From Alphaproteobacteria bacterium (GTDB lineage: Bacteria > Pseudomonadota > Alphaproteobacteria > MPNO01 > UBA830), in NCBI GenBank assembly GCA_965243135.1, contig OZ251539.1, forward strand, positions 3,264,001 to 3,328,000: DNA of 64,000 bases, given 5' to 3'. Under the pieces are notes generated by a model that saw nothing but the letters and a program-made list of their open reading frames with translations, ran no database searches and was not told the DNA's origin. This document shows, in pieces, positions 31,413 through 41,614 of this stretch. A program made the translations under genes and the position numbers. Numbering within the stretch: position 1 is the first letter of the stretch; each line of letters opens with the position of its first letter.

Positions 31413-32408
31413 ATGCGCCTCAGCCTCGCAGCCGGATGCGCGTTCGCCGCCGTCGTAGGCGCCGCCCACGCCGGGCAGATCACGATGAAAATCGGCCACC
31501 CCACCATCAAGGGCGCGTTCGACCAATGGGCGGACACGTTCAAGGCGGGCCTTTCGCAGCGGGTCGGCGACCGGATCAAGGTCGAGGTCTATCCCGGAAG
31601 CCAGCTCGGCGCGATTCCCAGCATGATCCAAGGCGTTCAGCTCGGCACCGTCGAAATGATCATGCTGCCGCCCGCGTTCCTGTCGGGCGTCGACCCGCGT
31701 TTTTCGGTGCTGGCCGCCCCCGGCATCTTCGGGGATCTGATGCACGGGTTCCGCACCGTCCACGATGCCGAGTTCAAGAAGGCGTTCTGGCCGATCGGCG
31801 ACGGCAAGGGCCTCAAGCTCGTCAGCATGACCTGCGAAGCGCCGACGGACTACGCCACGACGTCGCCGATCCGCCGGCTCGCGGATTTCCGCGGCAAGAA
31901 ACTCAGGGTGTTCGGCAGCAAGCTGGAAATCGAGGCCCTGCGCCGCCTCGGCGCGGCGGGCGTCCCGATGCCGTTGTCGGAAGTGGTCCCGGCGATCCAG
32001 CAGAGAACGATCGACGGCAACAAGGCCGGCATCACCGTCTTCGTGCCGTTCAAATACCAGAGGATTGCCCGCTACGTGCTGGAGGCGCGCGAGTCGCTGA
32101 TTTGCGCCGGCCGGTTCGTCAGCAAGACCTGGTTCGACAAGCTGCCGGGGAATCTTCGCAAGGGGATACTTGCCGAAGCGGCCGCGACGGATCCCGTGAA
32201 CCAGGCCTGGTCGGTCAGGTTCGTGCAGCGCATGTACAAGCTCTGGACCGAGTCGGGCGGCCGACTCACCCGGTTGCCTCCCGAGGACCACGCCGAACTG
32301 CGCAGGCGCCTGTCCACCGTAGGCGACGATATTCTCAAGGACCGGCCGGCGGTCCTCGAGATGTATCGGGTGCTGAAGCGGGCGGCCGCGCGGGCGCGGG
32401 CCGGGTAA
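31413..32408 (+). CDS. TRAP transporter substrate-binding protein (DctP family)
   Basis: Signal peptide, VEVYPGSQLG, GKKLRV, PMPLSEV..Q..IDG. Confidence 0.9.
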   Translation: MRLSLAAGCAFAAVVGAAHAGQITMKIGHPTIKGAFDQWADTFKAGLSQRVGDRIKVEVYPGSQLGAIPSMIQGVQLGTVEMIMLPPAFLSGVDPRFSVLAAPGIFGDLMHGFRTVHDAEFKKAFWPIGDGKGLKLVSMTCEAPTDYATTSPIRRLADFRGKKLRVFGSKLEIEALRRLGAAGVPMPLSEVVPAIQQRTIDGNKAGITVFVPFKYQRIARYVLEARESLICAGRFVSKTWFDKLPGNLRKGILAEAAATDPVNQAWSVRFVQRMYKLWTESGGRLTRLPPEDHAELRRRLSTVGDDILKDRPAVLEMYRVLKRAAARARAG

Positions 32409-32416
32409 GCCGCGCC

Positions 32417-33517
32417 ATGAAGGACGCGTTCTTCCCCGATCACCCGGAACTCTCGATTCAGACGATCCGGTTGATCGCCCAAGTGGCCTATGGAGGGGCC
32501 GATTATTTCGACGCCGCGGCGGCGGCCGCGCGCATCGATCCCGAGGATCCGGAAAGCTGGCGGGCGGAGTGGAGAGATCTCGGAGCCCGCGTCGAGCGGC
32601 GCGCGCAGGAGGCGCGCGCCGCCGGCCACGGGCAGGCGGCTCTGCGCCACTACCTGCATGCCGGGTCGTACTACCGCCAATCGGACTTCTTCCTTCCCGG
32701 ACGCGACCCGCGCAAGAAGGAGCTGTTCCTCAAGGCCCGCGCATGTTTCCTCGAAGCGGCCCGGCTGTACGACCCGCCGGTCGAAACGATCGAGGTGCAG
32801 TGCGGCGCAGAGCGTTATCGCGGCTATTTTCACGCGCCGTCGGCCGGGCCGCTGCCGGCGGTTCTCATGCTGGGAGGCGCGGATTCGCTCGCCGAAGAGC
32901 TCTTCGTGCTCGCAGGTCCGGAACTCGCGCGGCGCAACGTCGCGCTGATGCTCGTCGACACGCCGGGGCGCGGCTCGACCTTGCGAGTCGACGGAATTCC
33001 GACCCGGCCCGACTACGAGGTGCCCGTCTCCGCGGCCATGGACGGCCTCGCCGCCCGGCCGGAAGTGGATCTGTCGCGCATCGGTCTGCTCGGCATCAGC
33101 CTGGGCGGTTACTACGCCCCGCGCGCCGCCGGGTTCGACGACCGTTTCCGGGCCATGGTTCTGTGGTGCGGGTGCTTCGACGTGCTCGCCGACCTTTATG
33201 ACTTCTACCCGCCGATCCAGTCCCAGATGCAGTGGATACTGGGCGTCGATTCCGACGCCGAGGCTCGCGACAGGCTCGCAGCCTTCAATCTGCGCGGAAT
33301 CGCCAGCCGTATCTCCTGCCCGACCCTTGTTTCCCATGCCGAGGGCGACGCGCTGATGGATCCCGCGGGCGCGAGGAAGCTGTACGAGGAGATAGCGTGC
33401 GCCGACAAGGAGCTCAGGCTGTGGCCGAAAGAGGCCGGCGGGGCCGTCCACTGCAACTGGGACAGCTTGTGCGTCGCGCTCCCTTACATGCTTGACTGGC
33501 TCGCCGACCGCCTGTAG
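32417..33517 (+). CDS. Alpha/beta hydrolase (2,6-dihydroxypseudooxynicotine hydrolase-like)
   Basis: GGADS, GISLGGYYAPRAA, C-terminal HC. Confidence 0.85.
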   Translation: MKDAFFPDHPELSIQTIRLIAQVAYGGADYFDAAAAAARIDPEDPESWRAEWRDLGARVERRAQEARAAGHGQAALRHYLHAGSYYRQSDFFLPGRDPRKKELFLKARACFLEAARLYDPPVETIEVQCGAERYRGYFHAPSAGPLPAVLMLGGADSLAEELFVLAGPELARRNVALMLVDTPGRGSTLRVDGIPTRPDYEVPVSAAMDGLAARPEVDLSRIGLLGISLGGYYAPRAAGFDDRFRAMVLWCGCFDVLADLYDFYPPIQSQMQWILGVDSDAEARDRLAAFNLRGIASRISCPTLVSHAEGDALMDPAGARKLYEEIACADKELRLWPKEAGGAVHCNWDSLCVALPYMLDWLADRL

Positions 33518-33530
33518 CCGCGTGCCGCCG

Positions 33531-34559
33531 CTAACGCGGAACCCTGGCGCCGGCCATCGCGGCAAGACGCATGAGCGCCCGTTCGCAGATCGCGTCGGCC
33601 GGCAGGTCGGTCGACTTGCATTCGATCTCGGCCCGGATCAGTTCGGCGCGGCCGCGCGCCAGCAGGTCGCTCCGCCAGCGGCGAAGCTGGCCGGCGAATG
33701 CCTGCTGCTGCTTGAAGAACACCGGCGGTCGCAGGTTCTTGATCGCCTGTTCGGGGCTCGAGCCGCGCGCCACCGCGGCGGCGGCGACCTCCAGCCGCGA
33801 CAGATGCCTGAGTCCGGCGCGGATCATTCGAACCGGCTCCACTCCTTCGTACCGCGCGCGCGCGAACGCCACCGCGAGCGCCCCGATATTGCCGCCGACC
33901 GAGGCTTCGACAACGTCGTCGACGGTAACCGCCGCCGAATCGCCGATTATCGCCCTGGCGTCCTCCATGGAAATCTCCGTCTTGCCGCTCGCGTAGAGAG
34001 CGAGCTTTTCCAGTTCCGACCGGGTGACCATCCGGTCCGAACCGAGATTGGCGGCGATCCAGTCGATCGCGTCGCGGCCCGCCGAGAACCCGGCCTTCTC
34101 GATGCTCTGCCGAATCAATTGCGCGAGGTCCGCTCCCTCGTCGAGAAAGCAGCCGACGGCGGCGGCGTCGCCGGCTTTTTCGAACAGGAGGCGAAGCTTC
34201 GACCGCGGACTCAGCTGTCCGGCCTCGACGATGACCAGCGCGTCCCAGGAAAGCGAAAGCGCGTTCTCCACGGCCGCCGCCGCGCCGTCGTCGGCGTTGC
34301 GGAGTCTGACGAGGCGCCGCCCGCCCGCGAGGGACATGGCCGCCGCCTCGTCGGCGAGACGCGCCGGATCGTCGCGCAGCGCATCGGCGCCGAATTCCAC
34401 GACCGAAAACGGATCCGAGAGGTCGGCCGCGACCGCCCGCGCCGAGTTGAGCGCCCGCTCCCTCACCATTCCCGAATCCGGCCCGTAGTAGAGGATCGCC
34501 CGCATATCCGCCGGAGGATTTCCGGAAAAGGCCTCCGCCCGCGCCGGCGGGATCTTCAT
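33531..34559 (-). CDS. holA: DNA polymerase III delta subunit
   Basis: ILYYGPDSGMV, SKLR..FE, ELEKLALY, PPVFFK; syntenic with leuS. Confidence 0.93.
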   Translation of the reverse strand: MKIPPARAEAFSGNPPADMRAILYYGPDSGMVRERALNSARAVAADLSDPFSVVEFGADALRDDPARLADEAAAMSLAGGRRLVRLRNADDGAAAAVENALSLSWDALVIVEAGQLSPRSKLRLLFEKAGDAAAVGCFLDEGADLAQLIRQSIEKAGFSAGRDAIDWIAANLGSDRMVTRSELEKLALYASGKTEISMEDARAIIGDSAAVTVDDVVEASVGGNIGALAVAFARARYEGVEPVRMIRAGLRHLSRLEVAAAAVARGSSPEQAIKNLRPPVFFKQQQAFAGQLRRWRSDLLARGRAELIRAEIECKSTDLPADAICERALMRLAAMAGARVPR

Positions 34560-35125
34560 GACGCCCGCGCGCGGGCTTCGGCCGCCTTTCCGCCCGTCCG
34601 CACCAGCCAGATCGAGATCCGCTCCCTTATGTCGTCCGCGATCTCGCGGACGGCCCGTTCGCGAGCGTTCTTCCGGGCGATCAACGTCGCGTAATGAGAG
34701 CCGAGGATGTTGTAGCTGTTGACCGACTGCGCCGTTCCCCGGAACAGGACCTTGCCGTCCGCGCGCCCGGCGACCGCGTAGCGCGCGCGCAGGGTGAGGT
34801 TCGCGCGCGTCGCGGTCTCGTCGATCCGAATCCCCAGCTTCTTGATGCGTTCGCTTACCCTGACGTTCAGCGAAAACCGGTCCCCGCCCGGGATGCCGCG
34901 CGGCCGGAACCGCTGGAGCAGCTCGTTTCTGAGAAGCTGTCCGATCCGGTTCGGGATCAGTTCGACCTCGAATCCGTTCAGCGCGGTTTGCGAAGCGCGG
35001 GAACTCTCCCCGTGGATCGGCGCGAAGCCGCACCCGTGCAGACCCGGCGCGGCAGCGAGGACGAGGCAGACGAACGCCGGCCGCGCCGCGTTAGTGAATG
35101 ACGTTGATGACGCGGTTCGGAACAT
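34556..35125 (-). CDS. lptE: LPS assembly lipoprotein (start approximate)
   Basis: LHGCGFAP lipobox; position between leuS and holA. Confidence 0.8.
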   Translation of the reverse strand: MFRTASSTSFTNAARPAFVCLVLAAAPGLHGCGFAPIHGESSRASQTALNGFEVELIPNRIGQLLRNELLQRFRPRGIPGGDRFSLNVRVSERIKKLGIRIDETATRANLTLRARYAVAGRADGKVLFRGTAQSVNSYNILGSHYATLIARKNARERAVREIADDIRERISIWLVRTGGKAAEARARAS

Positions 35126-37643
35126 AGACGACCTTCCTGATCTCCCCGCCGCCGATGGCGGCCGCGACCGTCGGCAGGGAGAGCGCCAGTTCTTCCGCGG
35201 CCTTCTGGTCCGCGTCGCGCGCAAGTTCGACGGTTCCCCGAAGCTTGCCCCGCACCTGCACGGCGATCGTCACCGTGTCGTCCACCAGCAACCGGGCGTC
35301 CGCTTCCGGCCAGGGCGTTTCCGCCACGGGGGTCCGGTGTCCCATCATGCTCCAGAGTTCTTCCGCGAGATGCGGCATCATGGGTCCGATCATCAAGGCC
35401 ACGGTTTCCAGCGCCTCGCGCAGAACGGCGCCGTCCGCGGCGGCGCCCGCCTCCGAAATCGCATTGACGAGTTCGTGAACGCGGGCGACCGCCCGGTTGA
35501 AATGAAACGATTCGAGATCCTCGGTCACGCCGGCGACGGCGGCGTGCACGGCGCGGCGAAGCGGGTTTTCGGCGCCGCCGGACGGAACCGTTCCCGGAGC
35601 GGGCAGGCCGTCCGCCCGCCTGGCCACGAGTCGCCAGAGGCGGTTCACGAACCGCCATGCGCCGGCCACTCCCGCCTCCGTCCAGTCGAGGTCGCGGGCG
35701 GGCGGGCTGTCCGAGAGCATGAACCAGCGCGCGGTGTCGGCGCCGTAGGTCTCGATGATGTCCTCCGGGTCGATGACGTTCTTTTTCGACTTGGACATCT
35801 TCTCCGAACGGCCGGACTCGACGGGCCGTCCGGTTCCCGTCTGGCGCAGGGCGCCGCGCTCTCCGCGCTCGACCTCGGCCGGCTCCAGCCATTCGCCGCT
35901 TTCGGCGCGATAGGTCTCGTGGCGAATCATGCCTTGCGTGAAGAGGCCCGCGAAAGGCTCGTCGATATCCGCGTGGCCGGTCTTCCGCATGGCGCGCATG
36001 AAGAAGCGCGAATACAACAGGTGCAGGATCGCGTGTTCGATGCCGCCGATATACTGATCGACGGGCAGCCAGTAATCCGCCTCCGCGCGCGCGGTCGGCG
36101 CGTCGGCGCGGGGCGAGCAGAAGCGCGCGAAATACCACGAGGAATCCACGAACGTGTCGAAGGTGTCGGTCTCGCGCCGCGCCGCGCGCCCGCACCGGGG
36201 GCAATCGACGTCCTTCCAGGTCGGGTGCCGGTCGAGCGGATTTCCCGGCGCGTCGAACGAGACGTCGTCCGGCAGGGTCACGGGCAAATCCGACGCCGGA
36301 ACCGGGACGACGCCGCATTCGCCGCAGTGAACGACCGGTATCGGACAGCCCCAGTAGCGCTGGCGGGAGACGCCCCAGTCGCGCAGGCGGAAGTTCACCT
36401 CCCGCCGTCCGACCCCTTCCGCTTCGGCGCGGGCCGCGATCTCGGCCTTGGCCGCCTCCACGTCGAGCCCGTCGAGAAAGTCCGAATTGGCGAGCCGGCC
36501 CGGACCGACGTAAGCGACGTCGCCGATCTCGAAACCGTCCGCGTCCTCCGGCACCACCACCGGCAGGACCTCCAGCCCGTACTTGCGCGCGAAGTCGAGG
36601 TCGCGCTGGTCGTGCGCCGGGCACCCGAAAATGGCGCCGGTGCCGTATTCCATCAGAATGAAATTGGCGACGTAGACCGGCAGGGTTCGGCCTTCGACGA
36701 ACGGGTGCCTGACCCGCAATCCGGTGTCGCAGCCCAGTTTTTCGGCCTGCTCTATGGCCGCTTCCGACGTGCCGAGCCGCCGGCATTCCGCGACGAACTC
36801 CCGGAGTTCCCCGCGCTCCGGCGCGAGCGTTTCGATCAGCGGATGTTCCGGCGACACGGCGCAGAAGCTGGCGCCGAAAAGCGTGTCGTGGCGCGTCGTG
36901 TAGACCTCGAGGGGGGCGGTTCCCGGCGGCGCGCCGTCGAACTCGAACGCGACGCGGAGTCCTTCCGAGCGGCCGATCCAGTTGGCCTGCATCAAACGGA
37001 CCTTTTCCGGCCAGCGGTCGAGGCCGTCGAGCGCGTCCAGCAGCTCCTGCGAGCATTCCGTTATGCGGAAGAACCATTGCGAGAGAAGGCGCTTTTCGAC
37101 CGGCGCGCCGGACCGCCAACCGCGACCGTCGATGACCTGTTCGTTGGCGAGCACGGTCCCGTCGACCGGATCCCAGTTGACCCACGCCTCGCGCCGGTAG
37201 ACGAGCCCGGCTTCGAGGAAATCGAGGAACATCTTCTGTTCGTGGCGGTAATACTCCGGATGGCAGGTCGCGATCTCCCGGCTCCAGTCGATCGACAGCC
37301 CCATCATCTTCAGCTGGCGGCGCATGCCGTCGACGTTGTCGTACGTCCACCTGGCGGGATGGATCCCCTTTTCCATCGCGGCGTTTTCCGCCGGCATGCC
37401 GAACGCGTCCCATCCCATGGGGTGGAGCACGTTGAAGCCGCGCGCGCGCTTGTAGCGGGCGACGAGGTCGCCCATGGTGTAATTGCGCACGTGGCCCATG
37501 TGGATGCGGCCCGACGGGTAGGGAAACATTTCGAGGACGTAGTATTTGGGCCTGCCGGGATCGCGCGCCGCGGCGAACGCGCCGCGCCGTTCCCATTCGG
37601 CCTGCCAGCGCGCTTCCGCCGCCTTGAAGTCGTACGAGGTCAC
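35091..37643 (-). CDS. leuS: Leucine-tRNA ligase
   Basis: [29 protein letters not shown]. Confidence 0.98.
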   Translation of the reverse strand: MTSYDFKAAEARWQAEWERRGAFAAARDPGRPKYYVLEMFPYPSGRIHMGHVRNYTMGDLVARYKRARGFNVLHPMGWDAFGMPAENAAMEKGIHPARWTYDNVDGMRRQLKMMGLSIDWSREIATCHPEYYRHEQKMFLDFLEAGLVYRREAWVNWDPVDGTVLANEQVIDGRGWRSGAPVEKRLLSQWFFRITECSQELLDALDGLDRWPEKVRLMQANWIGRSEGLRVAFEFDGAPPGTAPLEVYTTRHDTLFGASFCAVSPEHPLIETLAPERGELREFVAECRRLGTSEAAIEQAEKLGCDTGLRVRHPFVEGRTLPVYVANFILMEYGTGAIFGCPAHDQRDLDFARKYGLEVLPVVVPEDADGFEIGDVAYVGPGRLANSDFLDGLDVEAAKAEIAARAEAEGVGRREVNFRLRDWGVSRQRYWGCPIPVVHCGECGVVPVPASDLPVTLPDDVSFDAPGNPLDRHPTWKDVDCPRCGRAARRETDTFDTFVDSSWYFARFCSPRADAPTARAEADYWLPVDQYIGGIEHAILHLLYSRFFMRAMRKTGHADIDEPFAGLFTQGMIRHETYRAESGEWLEPAEVERGERGALRQTGTGRPVESGRSEKMSKSKKNVIDPEDIIETYGADTARWFMLSDSPPARDLDWTEAGVAGAWRFVNRLWRLVARRADGLPAPGTVPSGGAENPLRRAVHAAVAGVTEDLESFHFNRAVARVHELVNAISEAGAAADGAVLREALETVALMIGPMMPHLAEELWSMMGHRTPVAETPWPEADARLLVDDTVTIAVQVRGKLRGTVELARDADQKAAEELALSLPTVAAAIGGGEIRKVVYVPNRVINVIH

Positions 37644-37721
37644 GACCGCCTCCCGCCCGGCGCGCGCGCCGCCGCGCTCGCTCTCATTCTCGCCGCCCTT
37701 TCCGGAAATCCGGTCGCTCGC

Positions 37722-38300
37722 CTAGCCGTCGCCGCTTTCCGCGAACCGGAGCTGCCGCGCGCGCGTCAGGATCCGGTCTTCCAGCTTGGTCGCCGTCTCG
37801 GGATCCACCGTCGCGTCCCGCCAGGCGACGGTCCCGTCGGCGTCTTTCACCCTGTTCTGGCGAAACACGGAAACGCGCACGCCGTCGGACCGGAGTTGCC
37901 GGGCCAGGATAAAGACGTTCACCTTGAGGCGTTCGTCCGGCGTCGACGGCGGCGAATACCAGTCGGTAATGATCACGCCGCCGAACGGATCCGCGGAGGC
38001 GAGCGGCACGAAGGACATGGTGTCGAGGGTTGCGCGCCACAGGTAGCCGTTCACGCCGATGCCGCCGCCGCCTTCGTCGCTCTTGCTTCCGCCGCCCAGC
38101 GCTCCGATGAGGTCGACGCCGTCCCCGCCGAACACGGTGCTCCTGTCGTCGCTGGGGTAATTCTTGCCCGCGCTTCCCGGGGGCGGCGTGGCCGGATCCT
38201 TGTGCGGCGGCACTCCGCCCTCGCAACCCGCGAGCGCCAGCGCGGACAGCGCCGCCAGCGCGGACAGCCCGCTCCCCCGCTTTACTGTTCGTATCGGCAT
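37722..38300 (-). CDS. DUF3576 lipoprotein
   Basis: LAGC lipobox, VNGYLWRATLDT..DPFGGVIITDWY. Confidence 0.9.
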   Translation of the reverse strand: MPIRTVKRGSGLSALAALSALALAGCEGGVPPHKDPATPPPGSAGKNYPSDDRSTVFGGDGVDLIGALGGGSKSDEGGGGIGVNGYLWRATLDTMSFVPLASADPFGGVIITDWYSPPSTPDERLKVNVFILARQLRSDGVRVSVFRQNRVKDADGTVAWRDATVDPETATKLEDRILTRARQLRFAESGDG

Positions 38301-38847
38301 TTCTCCTCCAGACTGGCTCCTTATGCGCGGCCAAGATAATGCAGGAACGCAGCCGCGTCACATGGATTCTGGCGGCTGCGCCGCCGTCCGGGTCGAACGG
38401 TCCACAGGGCCGTCCGCCGCGGCAGGGCGACGATCCGGCGACAAGCCGCCTTCGGTCCGGCCGCGCCTCGCGACGCGTACCGCTACGACTTCAAACCGGC
38501 TTGCCGGCTCGCCATCGAGCGGCGCGGCTGCGCCGACGGGCGGTTCGGCGCATCGGGGCGCAGGGCTCGGCGGCGGGATCCCGCCGCGAGGTCGAACTGC
38601 CCGGGGTCGGCGCGGGCGCGCACGGCACGGCGTTCCTCGGCGACGGCTGCCGCCTGAACGCGCAAGCGACCTGGCGCGACGTCAAGCCGACCGCCGGCCA
38701 AGAGAATTCGACAGAAGATGCGGAAGAGGGTTCGGAAGGACGGCGTGAAAATTCGCGCCGCCGCCGAACGGACGGCAACCGACAGGAAAGTTGCGCGGCG
38801 CGAAGGTTTCGCATACGTTCGTCGTTCCGAATTCGCAGGGGCATCTT

Positions 38848-39363
38848 ATGGAACAGTTCTCTTCCGAACTCATCGCCATTCTCGGCGTCGGCGCCATCAT
38901 GCTTGGCGGCGGCATTGCCGTTATCAGGCTGGTTCTTCTGCAAGGCCGCCGGCTCGACCGCCGAATCGACGCACTTGCCCTGCGCATGGACGAACGGGAC
39001 CGGCGGACGGACGACCGGTTCGGGCAGGTCAACGAGCAATACCGGCAGCTGACCGATCAGACCAACGAACGGTTCCGGCAGCTGACCGATCAGATGAACG
39101 AACGGTTCCGGCAACAGAACGAGGAGACCAACGAACGGTTCCGGCAGCTGACCGATCAGATGAACGAACGGTTCCGGCAACAGAACGAGGAGACCAACGA
39201 ACGGTTCCGGCAGCTGACCGATCAGATGAACGAGCAATTCCGGCAGATGAACGAACAGTTCCGGACGTTGAGCGAGCGCGTGGCGCGCGTCGAGGGCAAG
39301 TTCGACCTGCTCGAGACTTTCGTCGAGCACCGGAAGGAGCCGCCGGCCGAGGCGGCGGAATAG
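38848..39363 (+). CDS. Membrane-anchored coiled-coil protein with 11-residue repeats
   Basis: N-terminal hydrophobic helix, repeats of NERFRQLTDQM/NERFRQQNEET, C-terminal ERVARVEG. Confidence 0.8.
   Translation: MEQFSSELIAILGVGAIMLGGGIAVIRLVLLQGRRLDRRIDALALRMDERDRRTDDRFGQVNEQYRQLTDQTNERFRQLTDQMNERFRQQNEETNERFRQLTDQMNERFRQQNEETNERFRQLTDQMNEQFRQMNEQFRTLSERVARVEGKFDLLETFVEHRKEPPAEAAE
39061..39233 (+). repeat. Perfect 66-bp tandem repeat, about 2.6 copies, built from 33-bp subunits
   Basis: 39061-39126 is identical to 39127-39192; a partial third copy runs to 39233. Confidence 0.95.
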
Positions 39364-39608
39364 CGGCGCGCCGCGGAAATTCGCACTGCCGCCTGCCGCC
39401 GGACGGACGGGCAGCCGCCGAAAACGCCTCTGTCCGAATCGGAACTTGACATCGCTTGGGCGCCCGCGCAATCTGGCATCGTCAATCATGCTGATCGTTC
39501 ATTATCGCCTTTGATCGGCATCAACCATTGCGCGGATGGCATGGCGCACCGGAAAAACGGAACTATGGCGGGTCAATATCCGTCTACGAAATTTGGAGCG
39601 GCTTTCCA

Positions 39609-40433
39609 ATGATTGACGACGATTTGTTGAAAAGCGCCCGGGAAAAATCCCGGGATCTCGCCAAAGCTAAACGAGCTGTCGACGAATTCCTGAAAGTTAA
39701 GGACCACTCCGGCATAAATGCATTGCCGCTGTTCGAAAAAGCTGCAGGAGAATTGCATAAAGTATCCCACGAACGCCTTCTGGTCGAACGTTTGGAAGAA
39801 GAACGCAAGAAATTGGAGAAACGCACCGTCGAGGCTCTGCAACGAAGAAGGGAAGAGTTGCATAAATCCGCCGCGGAGGCCGGATGGACGGCGCGCAGAT
39901 TGCAAGATTTTGATTTTGTTGAATGTTTCCGTCTCGATTACCGCGGCGAACAAGTATCCGTGAAACTCGGAAGCGAAAGATGCGACAGCTTCAATGAAAC
40001 GGACGGAAAGAAGGTGTTCGTTCGCCTTCGACAAGAATTGTCGAAACTGCGAGACTTTCCCTTTTCCAGAGACAATTTTTTCCGGATGGTGAAAGAGGCG
40101 TTGCATATGGGAAGGGTTTTCGGATACGATAATGACGGCAAGGTGCCCATTCGCAGAGTTTACGCATTGTGCGCGTTGGCTCGGCAAACCGGGAACGAAA
40201 AATTCATGCGGAATCCGAATGGAAAGAATTTTCAGGATTACTCCATTTGCCAGTTCGTTTTCGACATGGCTCGTTTCGGACAATCCGGATGGCGCGACGG
40301 CCGGGGAGAAAGGCTATCCAGTCAAACGCCGAATATGGCTTCGGCCGTCGAGAAAAAAACGCTCACTCTGCCCTCGTTGGACGGCGCGGAAGCGGGCCCG
40401 CAACTTGCCGCCTTGTGGATCGAAAAGGCGTAG
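39609..40433 (+). CDS. Hypothetical protein, first gene of the ATPase-helicase operon
   Basis: 274 aa, charged helical N-terminal half, lower GC, abuts the next gene. Confidence 0.75.
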   Translation: MIDDDLLKSAREKSRDLAKAKRAVDEFLKVKDHSGINALPLFEKAAGELHKVSHERLLVERLEEERKKLEKRTVEALQRRREELHKSAAEAGWTARRLQDFDFVECFRLDYRGEQVSVKLGSERCDSFNETDGKKVFVRLRQELSKLRDFPFSRDNFFRMVKEALHMGRVFGYDNDGKVPIRRVYALCALARQTGNEKFMRNPNGKNFQDYSICQFVFDMARFGQSGWRDGRGERLSSQTPNMASAVEKKTLTLPSLDGAEAGPQLAALWIEKA

Positions 40434-41614
40434 ATCGCGTGCGGCCGGACGAGGCGTTGGCGACCCTTGCGGCGACCGGCGTCGCGCCGCCGGACGGAGA
40501 GACCGCCGCGCGCCTTTCCGTAGGCATCGGGACGACGCTGGAGCGCATCGTCGAGGAGACCTTCCCGTTCATCTCCGCCGGGGGCGGCGAGCTGAAATTC
40601 GTTCACGCGCCCTACGGCCGGGGCAAGACCCATTTTCTGCGGGCGCTGCAGAACGCCGCGCGCCGATATGGATTCGTGACCTCCTACGTGGATTGCAAGG
40701 ACTACGGCAGCCCCTTCCAGTCCCTTGTCGACACGTACCGGGCGATTTCGCGGAACATGCGTCCGCCGACGGACGACCCGGACGGCCGAACGGGCGCGGG
40801 ACCGGTGATCGAGGGCCGCTTCGACGAGGAACGCGTCGCGGCGAACAAGCTTTTGTCGCCGGAATATCGCAATCTGGTACGGTCGTATCATCAGGCGTCG
40901 GCGGACGACGAATGCGAAGATCTTCGCGGCCGCCTGGAGGCCCTTTTGAACTCCTATCCCGGAATCCGCGCGACGCCGGGAAAGTTGAGTTCGGCATATA
41001 GATGGCTGCCTCGACCGCTGGGGAAATTGGGATCCAGGAACGCAGGCTCGTGGCTGCGTTGCCTTCTGTCGCTGCCGCACGCTTTGGGGTATTCCGGGTT
41101 TCTGGTATTGTTCGACGAAACCGAAACCGTGCTCAATCGGGGCGCATCGCGGAGAATTCAGCAACGCCTGGCGCACATGCGGACCTTCGTGGATTACATG
41201 GCCATCGGCGGGATTCGCGGATGCGCGGTCTATTGCGCCGCGCTGGACGGTTTCGTAGACGACGCGCGCAGTTATCTCGAAGCGCTGTCCCAGCGGATCG
41301 AACGCTTGCGTTTGCCCGAGGCGGCCGGAGATGGCCAGCATGCGAACGGAACTCGAAACCCGCTCGCGACATGGGTGGACCTTGACGAATTGACGAATCC
41401 CGGTCCGAACGACGAGGAGTTCTTTTTCGGGATCGCGGACCGCATTGCCGACTTGGGAATGGAGGTGGGAATGTCCGAAGAAGGGAAGGCGAGAGCGTTG
41501 GAGAGAATGAAGCTGCAGGCGCCCGAATACACGGCAAACATCCAGCAAGGAAAGACGCGCGAATACGTCAAGTTCGCCGCGGCGTGCGTGGCCCAGGAAC
41601 TATACCGATCATGA
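40415..41614 (+). CDS. BrxD/DUF2791-like P-loop ATPase 1 (start GTG 40415 or 40439)
   Basis: ALATLAATGVAP, LKFVHAPYGRGKTH, LGYSGFLVLFDETE, ALSQRI. Confidence 0.85.
   Translation: MDRKGVDRVRPDEALATLAATGVAPPDGETAARLSVGIGTTLERIVEETFPFISAGGGELKFVHAPYGRGKTHFLRALQNAARRYGFVTSYVDCKDYGSPFQSLVDTYRAISRNMRPPTDDPDGRTGAGPVIEGRFDEERVAANKLLSPEYRNLVRSYHQASADDECEDLRGRLEALLNSYPGIRATPGKLSSAYRWLPRPLGKLGSRNAGSWLRCLLSLPHALGYSGFLVLFDETETVLNRGASRRIQQRLAHMRTFVDYMAIGGIRGCAVYCAALDGFVDDARSYLEALSQRIERLRLPEAAGDGQHANGTRNPLATWVDLDELTNPGPNDEEFFFGIADRIADLGMEVGMSEEGKARALERMKLQAPEYTANIQQGKTREYVKFAAACVAQELYRS

Noticed and set aside
34794-38339. 1181-aa ORF and similar long antisense or alternate-frame ORFs (e.g. 24615..27119, 53979..56369)
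   Set aside because: Shadow ORFs of real genes in high-GC DNA, with no recognisable motifs.
38400-38720. Possible porin remnant next to the DUF3576 gene
   Set aside because: Only vague beta-strand-like fragments; cannot be supported without a search.
39031-39265. Possible CRISPR array
   Set aside because: Units are contiguous in-frame 33/66-bp coding repeats with no unique spacers, and no cas genes are present.
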